Below are positions 18,669-28,506 of a stretch of DNA of 64,000 bases, piece by piece. Within the stretch, counting starts at the first letter, position 1. Each line of letters opens with the position of its first letter. The translations under genes and the position numbers were made by a program. The notes below the pieces were generated by a model, which was given only the letters and a program-made list of their open reading frames with translations, did not search any database and was not told the origin of the DNA. The DNA is taken from assembly GCA_965198175.1 (NCBI GenBank), contig OZ240245.1, positions 4,128,001-4,192,000 on the forward strand. Reading direction: 5' to 3'. Source of the stretch: Candidatus Poribacteria bacterium (lineage in GTDB: Bacteria > Poribacteria > WGA-4E > PCPOR2b).

Positions 18669-20681
18669 ATGGCGGAATTAGGGCAGGCAGCAATATATCT
18701 CTCAGTTTTTTCTTGTCTGTGGGCAATGGCGATGCTGTGCATGGGACTGCGTCATAATAACTACAATGCTGTCCTCAGCGGACGCAATGGTGTCGTTGGG
18801 ACGTTTGCTTTAATAACGCTTGCAACAGGCGCATTGATCTACGGTTTTGTGACAAACGACTTCTCAATGAAATATGTCGTCGAGGTCTCCAGCAACGATC
18901 AACCTTTGCTGTACAAGGTCACTGCGTTGTGGGGACGGATGTCCGGCTCGCTCCTGTTTTGGCTTTGGCTCGTGACGCTTTTTGGTGCCTTGGTTGTATG
19001 GACAAATCAGCGTGCGACCGATTACTTGGCTGACTATGCCCTCGTCCCCATTTCGATAGTACAACTCTTTTTTATCATTCTCGTAACAGGCTTAGTTGAG
19101 GGCGTCTATAATCCACTGGAGCGTTTGCCGAACGATGCGGTTGCTCGGGACGGGGCTGGAATGAATCCGCTGCTGCAAACACCGAGTATGGTATTTCATC
19201 CTCCATCACTTTACGTTGGCTTTGTCAGCCTAACTGTACCCTTTGCCTTTGCGATTGGCGCACTTGCCGCTGGAAAGATAGGAAGCGAATGGATTTTCAG
19301 ATCTCGTCGATGGATAATGGCATCATGGCTGCTGTTGACGATCGGCATCACACTCGGTGGGAATTGGGCGTATCGTGAACTCGGATGGGGCGGCTATTGG
19401 GCGTGGGATCCGGTCGAAAATGCCTCCTTCATGCCGTGGCTGCTTGGGACAGCCTATCTCCATTCGGTGATGATTCAAGAAAAGCGGAATATGCTCAAAC
19501 TCTGGAATATCATCCTGATTACCCTGGCGTTTGAGTTCACACTGTTGGGAACATTCATCACTCGCAGCGGAATCGTCTCTTCCGTGCATGCGTTCGCACA
19601 ATCCGACATCGGACACTATTTTCTAATGTTCATTGGCCTTTCCACACTGGGTGTCATTGCGCTTCTTGCTTACCGTTGGAACGACCTGAAAAGCCCCAAT
19701 CGACTCGAATCTCTCCTTTCCCGTGAAAGCGCATTCCTTCTAAACAATTGGATGCTTGTGGGATTGACGCTGATTATTCTATGGGGAACGCTATGGCCAA
19801 TTATAACAGAAGGAGTCACTGGAGCGAAAGTTGCTGTGCCAGAGTCATTCTTCAATCAGGTGGTCATCATTCCCGGACTGCTCCTTTTGTTGTTGACAGG
19901 GGTTGGACCTATCACCTCATGGAAAAAGTTGACGCCAAGCAATTTCAGACGGATGTTTGCCAAACCGATCGTCCTGGGTTTAGTCGGTGCCATACTTACA
20001 TGGGTATATCTTGCTTTGAAAGGGCACACTACAACAATCTACTCTGCGCTTTGCGTCTTCGCCGGCGTTTTTGTCCTCGCGGCTATCTCTGACGAATTCT
20101 ATCGCGGTGCCAAATTGCGTGCCAAACGCCAAGAAACCACCGTCTTTAATGGGCTAATTCAGCTGGTTCAGCGCAACAAACGTCGATACGGCGGTTACAT
20201 CGTCCATATCGGTATCGTGATTGTATACATTGGAATTCTGGGGTCTAAAGGCTATTTTCTGTTGGAATCGAAGGGGTTAAAACTTGAGGAATCAATGGAC
20301 GTCGGTAAATACACACTCACGCTGGAGAATGCGTTTCAGGAAGAGCACCCTAATTTCTCGCTTGGCGGGGTTGTTTTCGCTGTTAATAAAGGTGGAAAGC
20401 CGATGGGAACCATGCGGCCGGCACGTGGATTTTACCAAAAAGCTGGGCAGGGTGAACAGGACACAATCGAATCTGCGATACGCCATTTCGGGTTAAACGA
20501 TCTCTATATTGCATTGGGTCCTCTTCCTGAAAACGTACCTGCCCATGTGCAATCGGGCGGAATCGTTTCTGTTCAAGTTTACCATAATCCGCTTGTCAAT
20601 GTTGTCTGGCTTGGCGTCGCCGTCATGGTGGTTGGTGGACTGGTTGCAACCTTTGAGAAGCGCCCAAAAGCCAATGTGTAA
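18669..20681 (+). CDS. ccmF: Cytochrome c haem lyase CcmF
   Basis: MNPLLQ, HPP, WAYRELGWGGYWAWDPVENAS, TRSGIVSSVHAF, YGGYIVHIG. Confidence 0.95.
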   Translation: MAELGQAAIYLSVFSCLWAMAMLCMGLRHNNYNAVLSGRNGVVGTFALITLATGALIYGFVTNDFSMKYVVEVSSNDQPLLYKVTALWGRMSGSLLFWLWLVTLFGALVVWTNQRATDYLADYALVPISIVQLFFIILVTGLVEGVYNPLERLPNDAVARDGAGMNPLLQTPSMVFHPPSLYVGFVSLTVPFAFAIGALAAGKIGSEWIFRSRRWIMASWLLLTIGITLGGNWAYRELGWGGYWAWDPVENASFMPWLLGTAYLHSVMIQEKRNMLKLWNIILITLAFEFTLLGTFITRSGIVSSVHAFAQSDIGHYFLMFIGLSTLGVIALLAYRWNDLKSPNRLESLLSRESAFLLNNWMLVGLTLIILWGTLWPIITEGVTGAKVAVPESFFNQVVIIPGLLLLLLTGVGPITSWKKLTPSNFRRMFAKPIVLGLVGAILTWVYLALKGHTTTIYSALCVFAGVFVLAAISDEFYRGAKLRAKRQETTVFNGLIQLVQRNKRRYGGYIVHIGIVIVYIGILGSKGYFLLESKGLKLEESMDVGKYTLTLENAFQEEHPNFSLGGVVFAVNKGGKPMGTMRPARGFYQKAGQGEQDTIESAIRHFGLNDLYIALGPLPENVPAHVQSGGIVSVQVYHNPLVNVVWLGVAVMVVGGLVATFEKRPKANV

Positions 20682-20682
20682 A

Positions 20683-21189
20683 ATGAAAAGCTACCGCACG
20701 GTTCTCTTAATCTTAATATGCTTCAGCCTCTTAACTTGGGTGGCGGACGCGCAAGAGCAGGAAATCACAACCGATCCATCGCTCGAATCAAACTTAGAGG
20801 AACTGACAACAAGCGTATACTGTTACTGCGGCTGCGTGCGAGAGACAATTAGAAATTGCGTCTGTGGAACTGCCCAACAGGTTGAAATGGACTTTCGCAA
20901 CCGCCTCAGTGCTGGGGGAACGGTTCAACAGATTCGGGCTGACTATCTTGCAAAGTACGGTACGCAGTTCTCAGCACTCATGCCTGCCCAAGGATTTAAT
21001 ATCGTTGCTTATGCGATGCCAGCGGTTATCATGGTGCTAATCGGTGTTATCGTCTTTCTTGTGCTTAGATCGAAGCGCAGAGCAACATTACTGGATTCGA
21101 CCGTTCCGACGGAGCAACAGCCGCAGAAATCAGCAAGTCGATTCGATGAGATTGAGGAAGAATTGGAACGCTACAAACAGCGAAGGTAG
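20683..21189 (+). CDS. ccmH: CcmH/NrfF-like cytochrome c maturation protein
   Basis: Signal peptide, VYCYCGC..NCVC, IRADYLAKYG..LMP followed by a TM; follows ccmF. Confidence 0.7.
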   Translation: MKSYRTVLLILICFSLLTWVADAQEQEITTDPSLESNLEELTTSVYCYCGCVRETIRNCVCGTAQQVEMDFRNRLSAGGTVQQIRADYLAKYGTQFSALMPAQGFNIVAYAMPAVIMVLIGVIVFLVLRSKRRATLLDSTVPTEQQPQKSASRFDEIEEELERYKQRR

Positions 21190-21218
21190 CGTCAGACATT
21201 AGAAGTCGGGGGTTAATC

Positions 21219-21557
21219 ATGTTTTTTGTGTTTTTATGGATTTTATTACTCGGGCTTCCCCTTTTGGTCTATCTGGGTCTGCCACTTTGGTCCCAACCCC
21301 GCATTTTTCCAGAAATACAACCTGTCGAGGCGCGTATGCAAACCCTATTCCTTGAGCGTGAACGCAGCTATTCAGCGCTCGTAGACCTTGAGGAAGATTA
21401 CGAAACAGGCAAGTTATCGCAAGGAGACTATCAAGCCCTTCGCGGGCAACTGTTGCAAGAAACAGCAGCGGTTCTGACGCGGATCGAAACGGACGGTATG
21501 ACATCTGTGGAGGAAGAAATCGAAAGATTTAAACAAGAGAGGCAATCACGGGGTTAA
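21219..21557 (+). CDS. Membrane-anchored CcmI-N-like protein
   Basis: TM followed by YSALVDLEEDYETGKLSQGDYQALR, typical of ccm-associated proteins. Confidence 0.6.
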   Translation: MFFVFLWILLLGLPLLVYLGLPLWSQPRIFPEIQPVEARMQTLFLERERSYSALVDLEEDYETGKLSQGDYQALRGQLLQETAAVLTRIETDGMTSVEEEIERFKQERQSRG

Positions 21558-21565
21558 AATAATAT

Positions 21566-22861
21566 ATGCGCGATAACCGTAAAGTTGGAAAGCCAGACAA
21601 CGTGCGCTTTTTATGTTTTGCGCCTCACGTTTTAACTTTTTTATTCACGGCTTTAATCTGTCAGTCTTCCGCTGTTGGACAAAGCGACACCGGCAAAATC
21701 GAAGGGCAAGTCATACATAGGAAGGAAAATCGACCACTTTCTCAACAGTTAGTGATTTTACAAATTCACCAAGGAAGCGAAGATGTCCAGCAACGTGAGA
21801 CGGTGACAGACGATGACGGGGTTTATATCTTCGACAATCTCTCAACAGCCGTCGATGTGCACTACGAGATTTCAACCGCTTACGACGGAGAGGTATATGT
21901 AGAAAAAAATCTTGTCCTGTCAGAGTGGGTACCTAAAATCAAGGTTAATATTGAGATTGTTGCCTATACCGATGACTCTTCGAAGGTGAAGATTCGCCAG
22001 CATAGGATCTTAATTTTACCGCCACCGGCGGATCATGCCCCAGATCAAGCCGTTTCGGTGATGGAGATGATTGATGTCGAGAACATAAGCGATTCCGCCT
22101 TTCGAATCGCTCTCGACAGTCAGTCGACGGGACTACATTTTAATCTGCCAGAAGAATACGAAGCTCTACGAATAGATCCGATTTTCAAACAAGATCCGAC
22201 CGCCCAAACCAATCGGCTGGTTTCTAATCAGCCGCTGGAACCGGGCACATCAAGTTTCGGATTTTCATATATCACACACATTGGCTCTGGGTTAGACCTT
22301 TCTCGGAAACTGACATTTGATACGGATCAGGTTTACGTTTTTGTTGCGGAAGGCATTCCATTGACGCCACAATCGAGAATTCTGGGAGCAGGTGCAAGGG
22401 AACAGCACCACGGTCTGGTGATTACTATTTATGCCACGGATCCTGCGAAGCCGCTATCAATGGGGCAAGCGGCAGATCTGCGCTTCAAGGTTACATCCGC
22501 TCCGCCTCCGCCTCAAAGCGGTATACGTGAAACAGCTAGAAAAGCATCGGACCCAAAGATGATTGCGCTCATCGCAATCTCTGCGGCACTTGCAGGTGGT
22601 TTTTTGGTTGCGGCGATTTTCAAGGTCCGCGCCCCAACACCACCTGTTGACCTCCAAGATACTCAAGCTGCCCCAGATTTGAGTTGGCTCCGCAAATTGG
22701 ATGCCGCCGACATCGATCGGACGCGGGTTGCGCGGCTTGAAATGGTTAGTCGTCTAGAGGCATTGTACGAAAAGCGCGAAATCTCCGAGCGGGTTTATAA
22801 CCGGCTGCGGAAAGAGCAAGCAGACCGACTTGCTTCTGTCCTCACGCAAATCAACCGGTAG
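21566..22861 (+). CDS. Secreted/membrane protein with carboxypeptidase-regulatory-like beta domain
   Basis: GKIEGQV..TVTDDDGVYIFDNL, C-terminal TM and a SHOCT-like helix (LEALYEKREISERVY). Confidence 0.65.
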   Translation: MRDNRKVGKPDNVRFLCFAPHVLTFLFTALICQSSAVGQSDTGKIEGQVIHRKENRPLSQQLVILQIHQGSEDVQQRETVTDDDGVYIFDNLSTAVDVHYEISTAYDGEVYVEKNLVLSEWVPKIKVNIEIVAYTDDSSKVKIRQHRILILPPPADHAPDQAVSVMEMIDVENISDSAFRIALDSQSTGLHFNLPEEYEALRIDPIFKQDPTAQTNRLVSNQPLEPGTSSFGFSYITHIGSGLDLSRKLTFDTDQVYVFVAEGIPLTPQSRILGAGAREQHHGLVITIYATDPAKPLSMGQAADLRFKVTSAPPPPQSGIRETARKASDPKMIALIAISAALAGGFLVAAIFKVRAPTPPVDLQDTQAAPDLSWLRKLDAADIDRTRVARLEMVSRLEALYEKREISERVYNRLRKEQADRLASVLTQINR

Positions 22862-22955
22862 TGCATGTTTTCTTATCAGTCTTCAGATTATCTTTGGACT
22901 TCAATAATTGTTGCTACCCCTCAAACATGGATGTTTAATGCTCTGGAGGAGACGC

Positions 22956-23990
22956 ATGGAAACCAGTCGTCGGATTCAAGCCGGTAAGCTTCAGACCTTC
23001 ATCTCGCGACTCTGTGAGGTGGCTGGAACCCCCCACAACATAGCAGAATCGGTGTCAAGAATTCTCGTAAACGCTGACCTCAAAGGTCACACTTCGCATG
23101 GCGTGTTTCATGTCTCCAATTACATGCAATCAATAGAACACAAAGATTTAATTCCTGACAAGGTGCCAGAGATTCTGCAGCAAACGCCGAGTACCGCCTT
23201 TGTGGACGCGCGCAATGGCTGGGGACATTATTCCGCGCAATGGGGCATGAATCTCGCCATGCAGAAGGCACGTTCCTCTGGGATAGGAGCCGTCAGCTTC
23301 GTAAACCTCAATCATATTGGCAGATTGGGCGAGTACGCCGAACAAGCCGCCTCGGAGGGGTTTATAGGTGTAGTGACCGCGGGCTGGGGTGCGCCAGTGG
23401 CTGGAGAAATGACTTCGTATGGTGTAGTCGCTAACGGTCTGAGCACAAACCCAATGGCGCTTGGTGTTCCGAGTGCGGACGGTAAGCCCTTCATATCGGA
23501 TTTCGCAACGACAGCGCTTGCGAATTCAAAAGTCCTTGTGTTCAAGATGAAAGGAATGAAACTCCCTCCCGGATGTATTGTGGATAAGCACGGGCAGCCA
23601 AGCGTTGAGCCCGATGATTACATTGAAGGCGGAAGACTTCTCGTTTTTGGCGGACAAAAGGGCTATGCAATCTCTCTTATGACATGTCTCCTAGGCGGGC
23701 TTGGGGGCGCCTTCAATCCCGATACGGGCCACATCAGTGGGACCTTTTTTCAGGCGATTGATGTGCGCGCCTTCCAGCCTCTTGAGGCATATCAGCAGAA
23801 TGCCAGCGCTTTTCTTGAGGGCATTCGGTCCACCCCACCAGCCCCCGCGTTCTCCGAAGTACTTGTCCCTGGAGACCTAGAGCGGCGAGCTGAAGAGGAA
23901 CAGTTACGTGAGGGGATTGAGTTACCGGAGACAGTTTGGAGTAGGCTTCTGGAATGCAGTGAGAAGTACAGGGTAGAGCTAGAACACTAA
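22956..23990 (+). CDS. Ldh_2 family oxidoreductase (malate/L-lactate/ureidoglycolate dehydrogenase-like)
   Basis: ADLKGHTSHG, NHIGRLGEY, STNP, GGQKGY, VLVPGD; GGAGG RBS. Confidence 0.88.
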   Translation: METSRRIQAGKLQTFISRLCEVAGTPHNIAESVSRILVNADLKGHTSHGVFHVSNYMQSIEHKDLIPDKVPEILQQTPSTAFVDARNGWGHYSAQWGMNLAMQKARSSGIGAVSFVNLNHIGRLGEYAEQAASEGFIGVVTAGWGAPVAGEMTSYGVVANGLSTNPMALGVPSADGKPFISDFATTALANSKVLVFKMKGMKLPPGCIVDKHGQPSVEPDDYIEGGRLLVFGGQKGYAISLMTCLLGGLGGAFNPDTGHISGTFFQAIDVRAFQPLEAYQQNASAFLEGIRSTPPAPAFSEVLVPGDLERRAEEEQLREGIELPETVWSRLLECSEKYRVELEH

Positions 23991-24098
23991 ACCATTTTGG
24001 CGCTTATCCTTCAAAGTTAAGGGAAATCGGAGCAAAAAGGCAATAGAATCCTTGTCGATTCTAGTATCAAAATTCATGAAGTACAAGGAGAATACTAA

Positions 24099-26528
24099 GT
24101 GAACACAACTGCAAGGACAGGTTTGCACGAGGGAACTTCCGCCCCCCAGCGTAATCGGAGGCTTTTTTCTACTGACGCACCAGTGCTGGCGTGGTCGCAA
24201 TTTCCAGCCGATGGATTTCGTGAGCCTGCATGCGGCGTGATTTACAGACGCAAACAGCGAATCGAGAACGGGATGCCCCTAGGTGGTATTGACACTGGGC
24301 GCCTCGATTTAAATACTGACGCGACCTTCGGATACTGCACGATTTTCAACTCCATCTGTCCTGAGGGTGGACCGCTCGAACTGCCATTTCTTGGTATGAC
24401 CGTAGGTGAGCAGGTTTGGTTGCTCAGCGATCCACGGGAGGCGTATGGCGGTTACATGTGGTTTGGCATTCAGACACCGCGTGAGATTCACTATTGGGGC
24501 CATTACCCCGTTGCGGACCTTGAATACGAGATGCCGGAATCGCCGGTCAATGTTGGATTACGCGCCTGGGCACCGTTCCTACCCGGAGATTCTGCGACCA
24601 CCAATACTCCCGGACTCGTGTTTGAAGTACATCTCCGCAATGTGACGGACACGGCGCAGGAAGGACGATTGGCTTTCAGTTTTCCCGGTCCCACCCAAGC
24701 TGAAGCCCAAATCTCAGCCCATAGCCCGCGTGAAAAAACACCGATGCCGTACGGTCATACATGGATTGCAGTTGCGCCGGAACCGGTGAAGGCGAAGCGA
24801 GAAGCCGTACACGGAGAATTTACCGGGGTGGTTGTCACATCGGAAAAGGTTCCAGAAATCGGATATGCACTCGGCGTGGTTGGAGAGGCGGATATCGCGC
24901 TTGGCGGGGGACTAGCAATTCGCAGTCCGTCTATGAGCAGCGGTAAAGCGTGGGCGACAATTGGCTCAGAACTTCCTGAGCCCGGTGAAACCGACTTCAG
25001 CGGGTCGGTTTCTGTCGGCTTCCAACTGTCGCCGGGAGAGGAGAAAGTCGTTCGGTTTGTGCTTGCATGGTACGCACCCATGTGGATAGGAGAAGGTCCA
25101 CATACGTTCACCCACATGTACACCACCCGGTACAAGAGTGCCCTTGGTGTTGCTCAATTTCTAAGTCGTGAGCACCACTCCCTTTTGCAGCGCGTCCTGG
25201 CGTGGCAGGGGGTTATTTATACGGAGAAGAACCTCCCAACTTGGCTCCAGGATTCACTGATAAATATTCTCCATCTCTTTGCTATCAACAGTTTGTGGGC
25301 TGCAGCCCGCCCTCCGATTGGACCATGGTGTCGACTGGAGGAAGGGTTGTTTGGGTTAATTGATGGAATCACGGAGAATCCAGCTGTCGAACCTATCCCT
25401 GACACCTTTTATGCCAATGCGCCCCTTGTTTTCTTTTTCCCCGACCTCGCCCTTTCAACACTGCGAGGCTACAAAGCCTATCAGTTTGCCAACGGTGCAG
25501 CGCCGTGGGTGTTCGGCGGAGTTGTGGGCGCTGCGGTAGGTGGATACGAGCCGACGATGGGCGCTGAGTTTGCGATGCCAACCCCGGGCTATCAGACGAC
25601 GACCAATGGGCCCTGCTACGTTGATTTAGTTGACCGATACCTGCGCCGGACTGGTGACTGCGAAGTCCTAGAAGAGTTCTATCCATCGATTAAGAAAAAT
25701 ACAATCTACACGATGAATCTCAGGTCAGAGGATGGCGCCGACGGTATCATCAGTGTACCTCGTGGGAATGTGGACCCATACGGACCCAATGAGCCACCGG
25801 GACACCACCTCGAGTGGTTTGAAGCGGTATTGTGGTTTGGGATGACATCGCATGTGGGAGGTATCCACCTCGCAAACTTGAGAATGTCGCAACGGCTCGC
25901 AGAGCAGGTGGGAGACGAGGAGTTTGCCCAGCAGTGCCGAAATTGGCTTGAGCAAGGCAGCCAATCAATGGAAGACAAGATGTGGGCGGGGGCATACTAT
26001 TTAAGCTACAACGAGCCGGAAACCGGTCGAAAATCAGATGATGTCTTCGGCTATCAACTTGATGGGCAGTGGATGGCACGATTTCACGGTTTGCAGGGCG
26101 TTTTCCGCTTCGACCGAGTCAAAGATAGTCTGGAGACAATTAAACACACATGCGCAGCGTTGACACCCTATGGCGCGCTGAATTTCGCTCGTCCCGATGG
26201 AAGTCTGTCACAAGGTTTGGGATATGGTCCAACTGCCTATTTTACGCCCGAACTGTTCATGCTTGCGATGACCTACATGTACGAGGGAGATCAGGAATTT
26301 GGTCTGGAACTGGCGCGTCGGTGCACTCATAACCTCACCATCAACACGCTATCAACCTGGAACCTGCCGAATCTAGTACGCGGCGACAATGGCGACCGGT
26401 TGTTTGGTGCGCACTATGTTCAGAACTTAATGCTTTGGGCACTCCCAGCGGCTCTGGAGGGTAAGGATATTGCTGCGTTCTGTGCGCCGAACGGTTTGGT
26501 TGACCGTATTATCCAGGCAGCTGGATAG
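24099..26528 (+). CDS. GH116 family glycoside hydrolase (GBA2-like)
   Basis: GMPLGGIDTG, HYWGHYPVADL, WAPFLPGD, YQLDGQWMA. Confidence 0.85.
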   Translation: MNTTARTGLHEGTSAPQRNRRLFSTDAPVLAWSQFPADGFREPACGVIYRRKQRIENGMPLGGIDTGRLDLNTDATFGYCTIFNSICPEGGPLELPFLGMTVGEQVWLLSDPREAYGGYMWFGIQTPREIHYWGHYPVADLEYEMPESPVNVGLRAWAPFLPGDSATTNTPGLVFEVHLRNVTDTAQEGRLAFSFPGPTQAEAQISAHSPREKTPMPYGHTWIAVAPEPVKAKREAVHGEFTGVVVTSEKVPEIGYALGVVGEADIALGGGLAIRSPSMSSGKAWATIGSELPEPGETDFSGSVSVGFQLSPGEEKVVRFVLAWYAPMWIGEGPHTFTHMYTTRYKSALGVAQFLSREHHSLLQRVLAWQGVIYTEKNLPTWLQDSLINILHLFAINSLWAAARPPIGPWCRLEEGLFGLIDGITENPAVEPIPDTFYANAPLVFFFPDLALSTLRGYKAYQFANGAAPWVFGGVVGAAVGGYEPTMGAEFAMPTPGYQTTTNGPCYVDLVDRYLRRTGDCEVLEEFYPSIKKNTIYTMNLRSEDGADGIISVPRGNVDPYGPNEPPGHHLEWFEAVLWFGMTSHVGGIHLANLRMSQRLAEQVGDEEFAQQCRNWLEQGSQSMEDKMWAGAYYLSYNEPETGRKSDDVFGYQLDGQWMARFHGLQGVFRFDRVKDSLETIKHTCAALTPYGALNFARPDGSLSQGLGYGPTAYFTPELFMLAMTYMYEGDQEFGLELARRCTHNLTINTLSTWNLPNLVRGDNGDRLFGAHYVQNLMLWALPAALEGKDIAAFCAPNGLVDRIIQAAG

Positions 26529-26676
26529 GTTCAAGAAGATGCCGATAACGTCTGAAAACGATTGATTTTGTCAAAAAAGGTTAGCTCAAGTTACGTTTGT
26601 ATGCCTTTCCACACTATTTCTCCGAGTGTCGTATGCGCTCAGTACCGGGAGGTATTGTGCATTCCAGATCGACGTT

Positions 26677-26713
26677 TTGTAGGGTAGACACCGTCCCATA
26701 CACAACCCTACAA
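26677..26713. repeat. GTAG-type REP-like hairpin
   Basis: ttgtagggt...accctacaa, a 9-bp perfect stem. Confidence 0.45.
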
Positions 26714-26771
26714 TATAGCATAAATTTTCTTGTGGAGAGGTATAGTCTTAATCAGGATAAGGAGATTACAG

Positions 26772-27479
26772 ATGCAAGTTCTCATCATCGGCTGCGAATA
26801 TGCGGGCAAGACGACTCTTGCCCAAGGCATCACGAGATGGCATGAGGAAATGATGGGGCATATTGCCTATCCGTATTGGCATGATCACTTCGTGTTGCCA
26901 AACGTTGGCCAAGGTCCCGACAGTCAAGCGGAGAATGAGGCTATCATTGAACTCCTCAAGACGGTTCCCTCACTGGTCGAGAAATTCCAGCGTTTCCAAA
27001 TCCTTTACCATCTACAGCCTCACCTTCTTCGGGGCGACGATTTCTTTCTGGTAAACTGGTATTACGCCGACGCTGTGTATGGGCCACTTTATTACGGCGA
27101 CTTTAAAGCATCGTGGGAACCCGGTCACCAGTGGCTTGGGCAGTTCGTTGAGCATGAGGTAAAAGCGCTGGTACCGGAAATGGTCTTAGCACTGGTGAAA
27201 GCATCTCCGGAAGTTATCCGGGACCGGATGCGCCGGCATCCACTGCCGAACTGCCCGCTCAAAGAGAGTGATGTAGAGATTGTGTTGGATCGTTTTCAAG
27301 AACAGTACAAGAATTCGCTATTCGATGCAAAGATTACAATAGATACAACGAACTTAACGGTAGAACAAACGCTGCAGGACTTCGTGCACAAAGCGGAGCC
27401 CTTTCTGAGATCTGTAGACCGGCAGCGAATTCTCAACCACCAAGTGTTACAACAAACGAAATCCATGGATGACCGTTAA
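26772..27479 (+). CDS. P-loop nucleotide kinase-like protein (thymidylate kinase fold)
   Basis: VLIIGCEYAGKTT, LVKASPEVIRDRM, IDTT; AAGGAG RBS. Confidence 0.7.
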   Translation: MQVLIIGCEYAGKTTLAQGITRWHEEMMGHIAYPYWHDHFVLPNVGQGPDSQAENEAIIELLKTVPSLVEKFQRFQILYHLQPHLLRGDDFFLVNWYYADAVYGPLYYGDFKASWEPGHQWLGQFVEHEVKALVPEMVLALVKASPEVIRDRMRRHPLPNCPLKESDVEIVLDRFQEQYKNSLFDAKITIDTTNLTVEQTLQDFVHKAEPFLRSVDRQRILNHQVLQQTKSMDDR

Positions 27480-27613
27480 TCTGAATGCGGTGATGAGTAT
27501 GCATTGAGTCAGGACTTTGGTTCATGGAAGAGACACCGTAAAAAACCGCCACGTTTGTGGGCTAGTGCAGGGATACGAGATTCCCAAGTGCTTCAGACTT
27601 GGGAATACATCTA
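27471..27613 (+). mobile_element. Decayed IS200/IS605 tnpB 3' end / right end (reRNA-like relic)
   Basis: gac cgt (taat) ctg aat gcg gtg atg agt atg resembles TnpB DRDLNAAxNI. It is followed by gagacaccgtaa and the perfect hairpin attcccaagt-gcttcag-acttgggaat, ending gggaatacatcta (cf. GGGAGTAYGTCAA). Confidence 0.65.
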
Positions 27614-27652
27614 TCAATACTGATAAACCTTTAATCAAAAAAGGAGCGCAAA

Positions 27653-28270
27653 ATGCTACAAGCACCAACTTCAGCAGTTGTACTTTTTAACGGCGAAGAC
27701 GTTGACAATTGGATGCAACGCAATGGTTCGCCAGCGACTTGGGCGATCGCAGACGGTGCGATGACCACCTGTGACGCCGATATTTTAACCGAGGAAAAGT
27801 TTACGGACTTCATGCTGCACCTGCAGTTTATGACTCCCGATATGCCGGAGGCGACTGGTCAGGCGAAGGGAAACAGTGGGGTGTTCCTACAAGGCCGATA
27901 CGAAATTCAGGTGTTAGATTCTTATGGCATCGAAGTGCCCGGCAAAGGCGACTGCGGTGCAGTTTATAACGAACACGCTTCATTAGTGAATGCATGCAAA
28001 CCGCCTCTTCAGTGGCAAACGTACGATGTAATCTTACGAGCGCCGCGCGTCGATGATTCGGGCAATCAGTTAGAGGCGGCCCGGGTAACTGTTCTACAAA
28101 ATGGTCTAGTGATTCAGAACAACGTCCATATTGAGAGCACCTCAGCAGGTGCAGTCGACGAAAACATTTCAGAACCCGGCCCGCTTTTGCTGCAGTATCA
28201 TGGTGATGAGGTGCGGTATCGTGACATTTGGATCGCACCGCTCCCGCTTAAGGGATCTGACGTATACTAA
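27653..28270 (+). CDS. DUF1080 (3-keto-disaccharide hydrolase) family protein
   Basis: GNSGVFLQGRYEIQVLDS, WQTYDV, GPLLLQYHG..VRYRDIW. Confidence 0.9.
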   Translation: MLQAPTSAVVLFNGEDVDNWMQRNGSPATWAIADGAMTTCDADILTEEKFTDFMLHLQFMTPDMPEATGQAKGNSGVFLQGRYEIQVLDSYGIEVPGKGDCGAVYNEHASLVNACKPPLQWQTYDVILRAPRVDDSGNQLEAARVTVLQNGLVIQNNVHIESTSAGAVDENISEPGPLLLQYHGDEVRYRDIWIAPLPLKGSDVY

Positions 28271-28306
28271 ACTGTTCACATTGCATCGCTTTAGAATACA
28301 AAACAT

Positions 28307-28454
28307 ACAGGTGCACCATTCCTTACACAAAGCGTAGCTTGAAGGGGGTTTTCAACTCCTCTTCAAGCCTTTATGCTGGTGCGCCTGTTTGATACCTACT
28401 TGACTGCATGCGCATCTGTCCGGGGTATCATTCGCCCAGACAGAATTGCGCATG
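28307..28454. other. Two long intergenic hairpins (structured RNA, terminator or miniature repeat)
   Basis: 28307-28388: acaggtgcacca/tggtgcgcctgt enclosing gcttgaagggggtt/aactcctcttcaagc. 28407-28454: catgcgcatctgtccggg/cccagacagaattgcgcatg. Confidence 0.55.
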
Positions 28455-28506
28455 GGTATAATCACTGACAACTTGAAATTACTGTGCATTTGGCAAGGAT
28501 GGCTTT

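Noticed and set aside
20509..20682. N-terminal extensions in the ORF track (ccmH; also 5670-6371, 31146, 35608, 39755, 54217, 57808)
   Set aside because: They overlap upstream genes or precede better starts, so starts were moved downstream.
28307..28388. 6S RNA or SRP RNA
   Set aside because: The rod is too short for 6S and lacks the SRP GGAA-tetraloop domain IV motif; kept only as unexplained structure.
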